Origin: Octopus bimaculoides
Taxonomy: Eukaryota
Direction of reading: 5' to 3'
Length of the DNA stretch: 64,000 bases
Assembly (NCBI RefSeq): GCF_001194135.2
Contig: NC_068981.1
Span: 187,729,139-187,793,138, forward strand
Position numbers and translations under genes: made by a program. The notes beneath the pieces were generated by a model. That model had not been told where the DNA came from and ran no database searches. It saw nothing but the letters and a program-made list of their open reading frames with translations. This document shows positions 10,631 through 24,936 of this stretch, in pieces (position 1 is the first letter of the stretch; each line of letters starts with the position of its first letter).

Positions 10631-12180
10631 NNNNNNNNNNNNNNNNNNNNNNNNNNNNNNNNNNNNNNNNNNNNNNNNNNNNNNNNNNNNNNNNNNNNNN
10701 NNNNNNNNNNNNNNNNNNNNNNNNNNNNNNNNNNNNNNNNNNNNNNNNNNNNNNNNNNNNNNNNNNNNNNNNNNNNNNNNNNNNNNNNNNNNNNNNNNNN
10801 NNNNNNNNNNNNNNNNNNNNNNNNNNNNNNNNNNNNNNNNNNNNNNNNNNNNNNNNNNNNNNNNNNNNNNNNNNNNNNNNNNNNNNNNNNNNNNNNNNNN
10901 NNNNNNNNNNNNNNNNNNNNNNNNNNNNNNNNNNNNNNNNNNNNNNNNNNNNNNNNNNNNNNNNNNNNNNNNNNNNNNNNNNNNNNNNNNNNNNNNNNNN
11001 NNNNNNNNNNNNNNNNNNNNNNNNNNNNNNNNNNNNNNNNNNNNNNNNNNNNNNNNNNNNNNNNNNNNNNNNNNNNNNNNNNNNNNNNNNNNNNNNNNNN
11101 NNNNNNNNNNNNNNNNNNNNNNNNNNNNNNNNNNNNNNNNNNNNNNNNNNNNNNNNNNNNNNNNNNNNNNNNNNNNNNNNNNNNNNNNNNNNNNNNNNNN
11201 NNNNNNNNNNNNNNNNNNNNNNNNNNNNNNNNNNNNNNNNNNNNNNNNNNNNNNNNNNNNNNNNNNNNNNNNNNNNNNNNNNNNNNNNNNNNNNNNNNNN
11301 NNNNNNNNNNNNNNNNNNNNNNNNNNNNNNNNNNNNNNNNNNNNNNNNNNNNNNNNNNNNNNNNNNNNNNNNNNNNNNNNNNNNNNNNNNNNNNNNNNNN
11401 NNNNNNNNNNNNNNNNNNNNNNNNNNNNNNNNNNNNNNNNNNNNNNNNNNNNNNNNNNNTATATATATATATATATAAAGATAGATAGATAGATAGATAG
11501 ACAGACAAAGAGTTTACCCTACATGTAGCGTGTAATCTGGAAAGAGACATAGAGAGAGTATTATAGCTTATTTCGCGAGCGGTTTCGAATCGATGATTTT
11601 CTATCAGGCTCTCTTAATCCTAACCTCTTCTACAAACAGCGTTGACCAGTCATCACACAATAACTCTACTACTCTAACTATGTTGTCTGAGATACACCAA
11701 TACATTGTATATATATATATAGGATAATTTTACGCGAAACCTTCTGTACTTTAGTCACTGGTTGTGTTCCTTATCCTTATGCTTCTTGCCAGTATAACAG
11801 CTTGTGAGATTTAAGGCGTAACGCAGAAACATGTGTTACCCTATTTGTTGGTGTTTTTTACGGTCTGTATTGTTTTCCAGCGCATGTCAGGACTTAGTGT
11901 ATTAAGAAACACAATTCGACATCGGTCGTTTAGTTACGGCGGTCGAAAGTTCATACACATTTGTGATAAGAAAATTCTACCAGCTCATATAACACTTATT
12001 CATGAGATCTATGAGGGTTAGTTTATTATAAATGCCTACACATCAACACTCGCATACATACATATATCCTTCTTTGCAATGGCTTTAGAGGTATGATGTC
12101 GCTCATGCTATATGTCTTCATTGTGAGTCCTCATGCATATACATACATATATACATATGTGTGTGTGTGTGTGTGTGTGT

Positions 12181-12320
12181 CGCAAGTAGCTTGCTTACCA
12201 ACCACATGCTTCCGGGTTCAGTCTCACTGCGTAGCACCTTTGGCAAGTTTCTTCTACTGTCTCGGGCCGACCAGAGCCTTGTGAGTGGACTTGGTAGATG
12301 GAAACTGAAAGAAGCTCGTC

Positions 12321-12322
<2 letters not shown>
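12181..12322 (+). mobile_element. SINE family B 5' half
   Basis: GCAAGTAGCTTGCTTACCAACCACATG..GGGTTCAGTC..GAAACTGAAAGAAGCTCGTCG followed by (TA)n. Confidence 0.85.
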
Positions 12323-12383
<61 letters not shown>

Positions 12384-14563
12384 TATACATATATATATAC
12401 ACGTACATATATAAGTATATATGTGCAAATGTATATATGTGTGTGTGAGCGTGCATGCATGTGTATATATATGCATATATATATATATATATGTGTGTGC
12501 GTATATAATGTATGTCAGTTTATTAAATATAGGAATATACATTTACTACAATACTGATATTCTTTGATGAATTCATTCGATTTGAATCTAATGACCCATA
12601 AAACACTCGAAAACTTTCCCACCTGTTATCTGTTAGATGATCCGTTTCAAATAAAACAATATTTGTGATCAAGAAGGTTAAATATATGCTTTACCATCTT
12701 AATCATTTCGCTCTCTCTATTGACGACCTTTTCAGAAATAAACATTCTATTATTATATGGCCTCTCCAAGGTTTCATAAGTAATGAATTGCTAATGCTTC
12801 TTAGTAATGCTGGAGTTATTCGACTGTAAATATACTTCTGTAAAGAGATAGGCTTCGATTATATTTGTAACTTAATGTCTGTGCACATATAATTGTTCAA
12901 GTCGAGCGGAAATGTGAATATTTTACTGATAACTTATGAATGACAATAATAATGATCAATTGTTAAATAAAATTAACCAAGTTGAAAATTGAATATTACA
13001 AAGACAGAATATAATATCTTCGTCTGTGTCTGGTATCGTAGTTAATGTTGCCGACTATTTACGCAAATATAATTTCTCTTTAACTATTTGTGTCTGAGAA
13101 CACTTGATAATTAATTACCAGGTTATATCTCCAGCTGACATTTTCATTTTATTCCTCCATTGGTTTCCGTTACCCAGTCAACTCTTACTAAAGACAATAT
13201 TTGAAAAATATATATTACTGAATATGTAGTATATGCAGCTGTTTTTTCTTCTTTTCAATTGTTTTCTCGCTTTGTTAGATGAAGAAAATCAACGCCCATA
13301 GCCACGTTGCAGACTTTTGAGACTGGTTGGTTAAATCGAGGACTAAAGCGCGATTTCTCGGTTACTTTCACAGCGGAAAACTGCTTGAAACTTATTCAAC
13401 AGGGTGATCTTTGCTTCGTTATGTTAGCTTTTAGTCCAACTATTTTAGTTATCGTTTGTAATTTTATAAACATTTGAAAAAAAATGTCAATGAAAAATTC
13501 ATATTTAAATTTCTTTACTTCCAAAGACGTATAAAATATTTGATTCATGCTGACAAATACAATTTTTAAATATCCATTACCGTCCAAACAATATTTCGGA
13601 TATTCACAGTAATGACATTAAGACATATCAATTTTTTTTCTGAATTTGTCCTTTGATGCAAACAGAAAAATTAATGGTTTTAATAGCAGTCACTGTCCAA
13701 AGGAGCTTTTAATGTAAACCGATGTAAAGTTCTAATAAAAAAAAAAAAAACCTTCTGTTTAAAAATGCAACAAGTGAAACAACATAAAAATATAAATTCT
13801 TCAAAATACGAAATAAGAACAAAAAGACGAAAAAAAATTTTTTTTTTCAACCGCCTCTGCATAAATGCTTTTATTTGCTAGAAGGGTTTAATCAAATGTC
13901 TGTGGGTTATTTCCAATATCACAGATTGTTAAGCTCTTTCACAGAAACGTAACATGGAAATTGTTAGAAGTTTCTAGCGAATTGATATTTTTACATTAAA
14001 AAAACAACTTTTTATCGATTGTTATCGATTAAACTAACGTCGACATTATCGTCCATTGTTACAATGGAGCTTTTATAAAGTAATTTTAATTACTCAAACA
14101 AAGAAAAGACATTCTGGGGCATGGGGTAAAAATTAATTTTTTGTATTGTAATATTGGTCTGAGATCAGCTTAAGCAAACTGGATTTGTTTCTCAGTTAGA
14201 TCCATTATCATGAACTTTTCGGAAAGAAAAATATGTCCAAATGCCTCACCGGTCACTCGGTACAAGCATGTCGATGAGCGATACTCCTTCACTGACATGG
14301 TTCGATTCGCATTCGCATTGTTCAAATATAATCCCAAGGAACGCCCACCAGACTGTGAATACGAGAGCTAATTTTCAAAACATGTCAAGAAAGGTATTGG
14401 TTGAATATTTGTTTAGTTTTGTTGTATCTCGGGAGGGTCATTATGCCAATGACATACACACGCACGGTCAAACAATCAAACACTGACAAACCTAGTTGAT
14501 TGATTAGCCGAACGCTTAATCAAACGGTCTATTATATAATTTTCATAAATGATTAATCGATTG

Positions 14564-14616
<53 letters not shown>

Positions 14617-14739
14617 GAAGAAGAAGAAGAAGAAGCCTTTCTACAATAGGCACAAGACCTGAAATTTGAGGTCCATGTGATCGTGTAAAGTCTTTGAGAC
14701 CATCATCCAGCATTCCCTCAATGCAGTGACTGAAACCAA

Positions 14740-15130
14740 TGAAAGGGTTAGAAATATATTTTGTCTCTTATAAACATCTATTTCACTTCAATTACTTTCA
14801 AACAGTACAATCCAAATTTACCTCCTATTATAACAGAAGACTTTCAATCTCTTGTGCGCTCTTTCACGCAATATCTTTTCAGGAATCTGTGCCAGTCTCC
14901 CAGTATATGACCTTAGATCTTCATATATGGCAAGCTCTCTGATCCTGCTAACTTTCGATCTATCACTCTTCCTTGTAACATTTCAAAGGTGAGTCCCTTT
15001 GTCATTGAGAGCCTCGACGAACGTTATATCTATGCACTTGATACCAGCAAATATTTCGACGTATTTTGTGTGATGCCCTCGTAGCTAAGATGCCTGCCTA
15101 TGCATCGAATCCGTCTGATTGTTTTGGGAT
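14740..15130 (+). mobile_element. Decayed CR1/Jockey-like LINE reverse transcriptase fragment
   Basis: Translates to PANFRSITLPCNISKV and ALDTSKYFD..DALVAKMPAY, matching the RT motifs PxNYRPISL..ISKV and LDISKAFD; frameshifts and internal deletion. Confidence 0.75.
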
Positions 15131-15384
15131 CTGAAGTGTCTCGTAATACTACACTATTGCCATGTATTAAAGCATGCGCAGAATGGTTAAGGCGTTAGAG
15201 GGAATAGCTTGCTGTACTTCTAAAGTATCCACGTTTTGATTTCAAATCCTACTGAAAACAAATTTGTTTTTCACCCTTTAGGAAGTCGATAAAATAAAGA
15301 ACTGGTCAAGCATTGATATTGTTTAAGCACTCTTCTCTGCATTGTTGGACTTGTGCCTGAAAAAAAAAACAAAAGTATTATTAT

Positions 15385-15600
15385 CTGCAAAAGGCTGTAA
15401 GGTGGCAGAGTCGTTAGAGCGTCGGAGAAAATGCTTTGTCACATTTCTACGGATTCATTACATTCTCAGTTCAAATTCCGCCGAAGTCAACTCTGTCCGA
15501 TAATTCCTCCTGGATCGATAAAATAAAGAAGCAGTCAAGTATTGGAGTCGAACGTATCCACTCAAAACTGCTTTGCGTCAAATTTTGAACTCCTTGTTAT
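15385..15600 (+). mobile_element. SINE family A copy (an older copy also lies at ~15170-15360)
   Basis: GGCAGAGTCGTTAGAGCG..CAGTTCAAATTCCGCCGAAGTCAAC..GATCGATAAAATAAAG. Confidence 0.75.
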
Positions 15601-16169
15601 TACCAGCAGAAGTAATACTATTATTAGTAGTAGAATAGATGACTATTGCAAATTAGGCATGTGCCAATGACCGGTTTAATTAACTTTTGATTAATTACAT
15701 AATAATTTATTTTTCGATTTACTATTTTGTTTTATATATTTTCCTCCCATTGTAATTGTTATTGATCATCAATCTTTACTTATCATTCTGCGTCATCATT
15801 AAAATCTCTTTGTTCTCATTAATGACGATTTCTACTGTCGAATGAAATGGGAAAATGCCACACACTCATATCATATGTACACGCGATAAGTGATGCGAAG
15901 TAAGTTCTAGTTTCGAGGAGTTTCAGTTGTTTCATCATACCATTTCGCGTAGCAAATATACGGAGTCTCAAAGTAAACGTCACGGTATTTTTTTATGTGC
16001 AGCGAGTTGAAAGCTTAGTAATATTTCCTTTAATATTCTTTAATGAGAAAGCTAGAAAACAGGCATCAACATTGTGTTCGTGTCGAAACATTACAATATA
16101 TCAACTTGTAACCAATAAGCGTATTTCTGTTCAATTCCATTTTTCCACCCATTATTCCTTTTAGTGGAG

Positions 16170-16945
16170 TCCTCAGGCGTCTCCTCTATAGTGTACTATC
16201 AGAAGCAACCATCGTTACACTTTACGGCTAGAATACTAAGCTTGATCAACTGAGACTATGTCTTTTATCCAACAATCTAGTTCTTGATCTACTCGATCTC
16301 CGACCTGTTATCTCAGCTTGAAGAATCGGTCTTGGAATTCTTTGTGACATTCTAATCACCTGTCCGCGGTCCTGGAGTTGTGACATCTCAATGTAGAAAG
16401 TAGCTGCTCGATCTGGAGAGAATCACTAATCTCTGAGCAACAGACCCTACCAAGTAACGTTGCTCCAGGAACACTTCCGGCTGCTTATATTCGCTAGTGT
16501 ACTCTTTGTGTGATTACCCAATATTCACGAGCACAGGTGATTAGAGGCACGGAAATCGAATTGAAGATAACGAGTTTGGCTTTTGCTTAACAACCTCTCC
16601 TCTTCTGAGGATTGAATGCTAGAGCTGGCGCATTACTTTTCCAGCACCTTCAATTCTAGTGCCCAATCAAGCCTCTTACTTTTCAACAATCGTTAAAACG
16701 ACCCTGAAATACTTAAACTCCTCCATGTATCTCAGTGATGTTCACAAACATGCAGAGTGCACTGGGACGAATATCGTGAGATCAATGTCTCAGTCTTAGC
16801 AACACTAATTCTCATCTCTCTCTGCCTTGCAACACTCGGCAGCGAACCCCTTTCACTGCATGCTGGGAATCATCTTTTGATAAACCAAGTAGCATCGTAT
16901 TGTCTGCAAATATCAGCAGACCGATCATACAAAGCAACATTTTCA
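16170..16945 (-). mobile_element. Decayed RTE-clade LINE, 3' part of the RT ORF
   Basis: Minus-strand IGLLIFADNTMLLGLSKDDSQHAV (FADD motif region, LQHAL-like) and EFKYFRVV (EFKYLG-like); multiple stops and frameshifts. Confidence 0.75.
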
Positions 16946-17085
16946 CAAAGACAGCGCATGTAAAAATAAATATTTGGGTTTTGTATTTGGTTTCCAAGGT
17001 TCTTCACATGAACTCTTTAAACGAATTTTGTAGTATCTCGGGAGGATGATCATATCAAAGATAAACACATGCATTGGATCTATTT

Positions 17086-17087
<2 letters not shown>

Positions 17088-17156
<69 letters not shown>

Positions 17157-17295
17157 ATCAAGCGGCAAACTGACAGTCCTAAACATGTTAGACCAAATTC
17201 TTAGGAGAACATCGTTCGTCTTTTCAAATTCCGCCGAGGTCGACTTTGTCTTTCATCCTTTTGAAGTTAATAAAATAAGTACCAGTTGCAAAGGA
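17088..17295 (+). mobile_element. (TAC)n array (17088-17155) followed directly by a SINE family A copy
   Basis: CAAATTCCGCCGAGGTCGACTTTGTCTTTCATCCTTTTGAAGTTAATAAAATAAGTACCAG. Confidence 0.75.
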
Positions 17296-18734
17296 ATAAA
17301 TAGATATTATACTTATTGCATAAAAAATTTGTATTTGGAATGAACATTTCCAGTTCAAATATCACAGAAAGGTGCTCCAGTATGACTTTAGTCCACGGTC
17401 GTACCAAAGCAATAAGAGAATAAATACGTATACGTCCTGCAGAAGATAAGCGGAGAGAAAAATTCACTCAGCTCCTATTGATCTGGATTAAAGAAGGTAA
17501 TCTTTACTAGTTAATCACTGAATAAAATATGTTAATTGCACTGTTGAATAAGCTAAACAATATTGGAACATGGGATAGAAAGATCACAGGGAATGTTCTT
17601 GACAAATGCCTTTCATCGTTTCGGGGTCGATAAAATAGGTACAAATTGAACACTAGGATCGTTGTAATCGATTCATCCACCACTCCAAAATTGCTGCCCT
17701 TGTGGCAAAATTTGAAAACTTTCTTTTTAACTTAAAAAAAAAAAACGTGTTAGTTATATTAGTGGAGAAGCTGTGGATTATTGGTGCAGTTTATACAAAC
17801 GTCATAGAGAGGATGCCGAGAAATATATATTATTTATTGAGATAGTTTAAACAGCATAATCTTAAAAATAATACATAAAAAAACAAAGACTTCAGAGAGT
17901 AATATTTACGGAGGATCCGTAGAAAAAAGTACAGTCAACAGCGAGAGAATGTTTAAGAAAACACATAAAAATTTACTCTGATATACACAATATTTCTCAA
18001 ACAAAAGAATCATATGGTAATGGTTAAACGATTTCCATAGTTTTAATAACTTAGAGACCTAATATTTATTCTAGCTCTCTCCTGCTATGTTAGAAAGATA
18101 CAATGCTGATGAACACATTTTTGACGAAGTTTCTAATTTACTTGTTATATTAAACAATATGAATAATGCCGTTTAGCGGGAGTAAATCGGTGATTAAGTT
18201 TGGTATACTTGAAAGCAGAACATTCAAATGTACAGGGTAATTTTTGAGTCAAGTAAGAAGACTGTTGAACAGGATTTAAGATATTCTTAGGCATGGATAA
18301 AATATTCATTTGCGTTTATATTTGAAACTGCTTTCGAATGAAATCCCTAATATATTATTTGTAAGATATGAACTCACTTCAGCCTCAAGAACAAATCAAT
18401 TTAAAATAAGTTGACTATTCATAAACTAATCATATTAATAATTTTATATTTTTCTCAGAAATGATTTCCCATAGGATTTGGAACACTTGTACTAAGATGA
18501 CTTGCTACTTCTATGTAATTTCTCGGCTTGCCAGAAATACGAACCAAATGTCCTACAACGTGCAGGTTTAAAAAGTGAGAACCTATTTAGTAATGTAGTC
18601 ATAAATATAAAAGAAAAACAATAAAAGCAGACGGAATTATCACGAGTGGATCGCTTTTGATAAAAGTCTTCTTCATATTAAGGCAGATGTAGGCTAGTTC
18701 ACAACTGCAACAAGGACAACAATATTTTCTACTA

Positions 18735-18935
18735 TCCTTTATAAGTTATTAGACTGCGGCCATGCCGGGGAACACCTTAATGAATTTTTTGTCGGGCGAA
18801 TCGACCCTGGTACTTATTATTTTTATAAAGCTTGGTACTTATTCTACCGGACTCATTAGCCGAACCGCTAAGTTACGCGAATGTTGAAAAAAGGGCCGGT
18901 TGTCAAGCGGTAGTGAGGGACAAAGACACAAACTA

Positions 18936-18967
<32 letters not shown>

Positions 18968-19127
18968 GTACACAATGGGGTTCTTTTCGGTTTCCATCTA
19001 TCAAATCTACCGAGAAAGCTTTGGTAAGCCCCAGACTAGCAGGAGACACTAGCCCACTGTGCCAAGCAGTGGAACTGAACCCGGAACCATGCGGTTGAGA
19101 AGCAAGTTTCTTACTATACTTCCACAC
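18735..19127 (-). mobile_element. Full-length SINE family B with short internal microsatellite
   Basis: Both halves contiguous, joined by ~35 bp of (CA)/(TA). Confidence 0.85.
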
Positions 19128-21018
19128 GGATAGAATGTATATAAAAGATAGATTACTAAGTTGTTATTTGGTTACAAATAAGATTTATATAATAAATTTA
19201 TATAGTATGAAAAAAAGAACATAAAGCAAAATCTATATAAAATGGCAGCTTTTAATTGACTTAAAAAATGTTTAACGCTAATACTTATCTTGAAAAGACA
19301 CAGCAATCACTTGAAGCAAACAGATGGTAACATGGTCTTGTCACTTCATCTATGAAAACACATCTTGTCTAAACTAATTAAAGGCTAAGACTGTTTTGAT
19401 ATTAAAGAAAGTTATTCAATTGCTGAGCTAGTCAGTTTCAATATCGATTTCTTAACTTTTAATCTTCGTTCATAGAGAGTTTTGGGGGGCAACAACCATT
19501 TACATTTCCGTGAGACAATTTATTCAAACTTTTATTTAGAAAAGGCTAATGATGTAGATACATTCCTCCATTTCAGTCTGAGATTATTAAATCTTGTGTA
19601 TTGCTCTTCCAATTAAACACAGGGTTTTCAAAAATAATAAAGAGTCAATCATCGCTTTTCAACATTGGTTGTTATTTGTCACTAACTATAACAGAATGAA
19701 CATTATTTAGTATAATATTTGAATAGTCTAAACTTTAAAGAATGGTGTACGATCAATAATTATCTAGCGTTACATATGTAGGTCTGTATTTCTTGTCTGA
19801 GTTCAAATATATGTGTCTCTTCTTTTTTTTTCTGAGAGATTCATTTGTAGAAATTTAGTTCGCAGAATTGTAGCCTGTCACTAGGAAAATGGTTAGGCCT
19901 GTTATATGTGTCAAAATAATTACAAAGATTTATGAGATAAACTGTATTATTGTGTCCATAATTGTGTGTATATGTTCATTCCTGCAAATTGAAATGGAAA
20001 GAAAAAGAAGAAGAATCTATCTATCTCACCTGTTAAAACGAATCAGAGTGATGAAAAAGTTTGAAAGATTAAAATTTGATATTCTGTAGAAGGGAAATGT
20101 CCAGCTTTACATTTGTATTATCGATTATTGAGGATTAAATTTTTCTCGCTTTAAGAAGAATAACGAAGAAAGGAATTACATCTACATGCTATGTAGATCA
20201 CCATATTTCTTAAAGAATACTCGACCTCCCCCGCCACAATTAAAAAAAAAAAGAGAATGCTTGACGCCTGTGTTATCTAATAAACTGTCTCTGGCAAAAT
20301 GTTTAAGAATTCAGTTTTTCAAGTAATCTTTTCAGGAGGTGATGTTTGATATTGGGAATATATTTAATCTATTGCATTAGTGGGTCAGAAATGGCGTTCC
20401 TGCTGGTGCCAATGAATGAATTAGTATCAATAGAAAAATGTATGTCTTTCAGTTACATGTACAGAACGAACAAATTTCAGTTTATGATTTGTAGAATATA
20501 GAGGGAAGTATTTATTTTGAAACTAAATATCGATTATCTTTTCAAGTCAATAAATTAATAACAGAAATTTGTGGTTACATTATAATCTTTACTCGTAGAA
20601 ATATATGCTATCGGTTATAATAACACAAGTGACACACTCAACCAAGATACATATATTGATAATTGTTTACATATTCAAATATAAAACTTCAGCTGGTTAA
20701 AGTTGTGTTAGCTTTAGTTGCACCTGCTTCATTCGAAATATCAGTAGAAATATAGGATAAAATAGAATCCAAGGAGACTGGTGGTGGTGCACGTCGGAAA
20801 GAATTGTATTATTTGAAAAAGGTAACAGAAAGAGCATTGTAAAATTGCTGTGGGGAATGGAGTGTTTGATGTTTCAGACAGAGTCTTTCTTTAGGCTAAC
20901 GATAGCAGATGGGAAATAAGAGACTGCAGTCTTTTACATCCTATGTTTGGGAAACGATGGAATACAAGACATGGAGAGTTTCTGTACGTAGACAGGAAGT
21001 AGTAGGAGAGAGAAACTG

Positions 21019-21059
<41 letters not shown>

Positions 21060-24000
21060 CAAGGAGCGGGCGTAGGTAAGGTGGATAGAAAATAAGGTGA
21101 GAGGAGAGGAAAAAAACCGAGAATAGGAATACTGAATGAGGATACATCTGGGGATAGAAGGTAAAAAACATTTCCTTTTAAATCAGACGGTGGCATGGTT
21201 TCCGAGTTCGAATATGAAACATGGGTGTGAAGAGATGCTGCTCATTGATAAATAAATGAAGTAATGGTCCGTTAGATTGGCCAATATACCTATTAGTGGG
21301 CTTCAAATTAATGTGCTTCAAATCTTCTTCACTTCAGCTTCAACTGAAGTGAAGAAGGAGTATATAGTGCATATGGTTATTTGGCTAAAAAATAAATAAA
21401 TAAATAAAATGGCTGCCCCGAAATATAACAATATCTGTTTCAATGATTTCACATCAGGAAATTTGCAAAACAAATACATAAACGTCTATTTCTTTAGTCA
21501 TTTTAAAATATTGCAGAACATTTCTGTTGTCCCCTAACTGCACCTTTTCTTTCTTTCACATCATCATTGTCCACATCACTAAACGTAATTTCAATTACGT
21601 AGTTTTAGTTGGTTAACCGGAATAGCTAGACTTACTAAATCAAGTATGGCTGTATCTTTCAAAGTCAGCAAGTCTAGCCTTCTTCAAGACGATCAGAGAA
21701 CGTTCTTCTATATAGATCTGAAACATGACCCATGGAAGAGAAGCATCAAGATCTCCATGATCATATCTATACTAGCCCTCTTTTGACGGTTCAAACATCT
21801 CACAGTGTAAGCACACGGCTGAACATCTCACAGTGTATGCACACCCATGTCTCCTACTGTTACTCAACGAACGCAATGTAGACTTTGATGGTCAGTGCTA
21901 TCGTGCTGATCAACAAGTCATATAGGAAGTTATATTTTGGAAACTTAACTATATTGATGAAGTTCAAAGCACACAACACGAAAGCTAATGAAGAAAAAGT
22001 TCCCGCCGTAGTTTTGTAAAAGGCGTCACGATTGCGGTTGCCTGAAAAGGTACGCCAGAACTCATTTTAATATAAATTTGTACCGTTGGCTGGTGGAAAT
22101 TAATGCTTCGTATTTGTGTGATAACGGTCGTCGAACCAAATTTTTATTCTCTTTCAGAGATTCTGTCAGTTTCCTTCCCTGACTAGATTTATTTCATCTG
22201 TGCTAACGAGGGAATTCGACAGGAAATAATGATCATAATGTATGTCCCACCATTTATAAATGTTACAATTGACTTCTCAACTAAAGATGTATTTCGTGAG
22301 AAATATACCATTACTCCTCACTAGGAACGATAATAAAGTAAATATGTCTATCACATGTATGTGAAGGTCAAAACCTTTGAACAACACAAATAATTTTGCA
22401 TTATACTTAGTCGATAAATTGGTTAAATATCTTCCTGTTTGCAAACATAATTTTCTATATGCCGCCTGTTGTATACAATTTTCTAAAGAAAAGAAATTTT
22501 TTTCAATGTCTTTTATGTCTTAGTTCTTGTTTCAATTCTTTTTTAAAGCTTCGTAAAGGATTTCTTTCAATGAAACATGATTCTATTGCTTTCCATTGGT
22601 GGAATTTCTCGGGGTTATTTCTTCTCGTATTGATTGTGAATGGTTGCAGCAAAATCGGGCAGTTTTAATTAAATTATTATAAATACTGTAGTATAATTAG
22701 ATTTCAGACGATTCATGCATATATTTTTCTTATTTTATTTTATAGGATTCATCAGCATGTTAGAGAAACACAAATATATTACGTTCTTGCTGTACACTAT
22801 TGATAACAATGAAACGTTGACTGCAATATAAGCATTTCTCTTATCTACAGGCTGTAGGAAGATTTGAGCTGACATTATCTGCAAACAAAACATTCAGTAG
22901 TTACATAAGTACTATGTACTTATTACATAAAAATATAGAATTCGAAATTGTCAGCTTTAGAATTCAGTAAAGGATACTGAATAGCAATAAAAAAGGAATA
23001 CATTTGCTATTTGCTACGCAGTGGAGACTGTATTGACATGTGCAGTTGAACATTTCCTAATTTATGATTGTTAGGGAAATGATACATTATAGATTTCATA
23101 GATATGAGTCGTTTCTTTAAGGAGAAGAAATGTAGTTGGTAATGTTTATGAATCTCTGCTTGAACATTACTGTCCAAATGTAAAGTGAATACAATAAGTA
23201 ATGATGAAAGCCGATTGTCAAGCAAATACAAATTTACAACATATATAGAAAGAATATATTTATTTCTCAATGACATAATCAAAGAGTTTACTTCTCTAAA
23301 AGGCACACAAGGACCAGGTGGTGGTGCTACAACGGGTGACGAATCAACAGTAGATCCAGACAGTTTTATTGAGGATTATTTCCATTGTTGAAACTAGAGA
23401 GAGAAACGCAAAATTCACTTCTACAGACTTGAACCTAGAATGTGACGTAAGTCGTAAGTTATAAACACTTGCTAGACAGTAGTTGGCACTTGGTACAAAA
23501 CTTCATCACAAGAATGTAAGTATTGATCTAGTATATTACTGGTATTTATCATAATTAGAATAAAGAAAAGACAATGTCAACCCAAACGGGTTTTACAATG
23601 TGAACGTAAATAAACTTAGAAATATACTAAAAAATATTTAATCTAGAAAAAAGTTCACAGATTCACTGGCTATTATATCGATTCTTTAGGTTGTCATGAG
23701 ATTGCAGGACTATAGTTGAAAGGTGTAGTAAATTACAATATTCTCTTATCGATCCCTCCAGGCAAATTTTACTGCCAGATCGACTTGAGATTAAAAGCCA
23801 TAGCAACGAAACTAAGTATAGTAACATATTAAGTATTAGTCTACTGATTTAGTCTACTACTTATTGTCACTCCACCGACTGCACGAACATTTTCAACAAG
23901 TTATTCTATTCATCAAAAGTTTAGATATTCACTAACTTCTGGACTTTTAAACTAAAAAGAACCAACATAAAATAGTATCGAAAAGACAACACTTTCCACT

Positions 24001-24139
24001 TTCAAACTGACACGGTCTGTCATTTTTTCCCCACAGTTTTATTTTAGCATTAGAACATTGTTTTAAATATGTGTGGCCATCTATCAGTTTTCTTTCGTTC
24101 TTCTGAGCAAGGTAGGGCTTCGAGATTGCTGATGCAATT

Positions 24140-24410
24140 TATAAGTATGGACGTACCATAGTCATATATAGATTTAAATAGATAGATGGAGAGCGGCTGA
24201 CAAAGATCTTATTGAGTGATGCTACGACACGCCCAGCCTCCTTGACAATCTTAGAGATGTGGTTTGTCCAACGCAGATCGCTGTTCAAAATAATATCCGG
24301 ATCACGTTCATTAACAAACTTCTTACGATTGGTGTTGTTGAAGAAGTATGTAAAAGCTGAGTTTTTTCCTCCCAAAGTGCATGGTGATACAGGTTGATAC
24401 TGTTGTACAG
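24140..24410 (-). mobile_element. CR1/L2-like LINE RT C-terminal fragment
   Basis: ERDPDIILNSDLRWTNHISKIVKEAGRVVASLNKIFVSRSPSIYLNLYMTMVRPYL resembles the conserved DLGIxxxSDLxWxxHI..LY..xVRPxL region. Confidence 0.85.
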
Positions 24411-24430
24411 TCGTAATACTACATAATAAT

Positions 24431-24504
<74 letters not shown>

Positions 24505-24896
24505 CACTACTCACTGCTTCTCTTTGCTTGCATTTTCGCTTACGTTCTATGACACCGTTTAGTAATTTCACCCGACTCCTCCTTCCATACAAGTCTGTGT
24601 TTAGTCACAAGTAGAAGCATCGGTTGACGACTGCAATATGCTTATATATTAATATCCTTCTCATTGAGTTGCAGATTTATTGAAGTTTCTTACCACTCAT
24701 CTTATTAACTGTCAGACTCATGTGCTACTTTGGTTTCATCGATCTGCAGCCATGTGCCGCAGTATCAATTGCTAAAGTTAGAAACACACACACACACGCA
24801 CACACATACACAAACACACACACACCTCACACACTTTCACATATATATGTGTATTTATATAATTATATGTATATATAATGAGAATTCATAAATATT

Positions 24897-24936
<40 letters not shown>

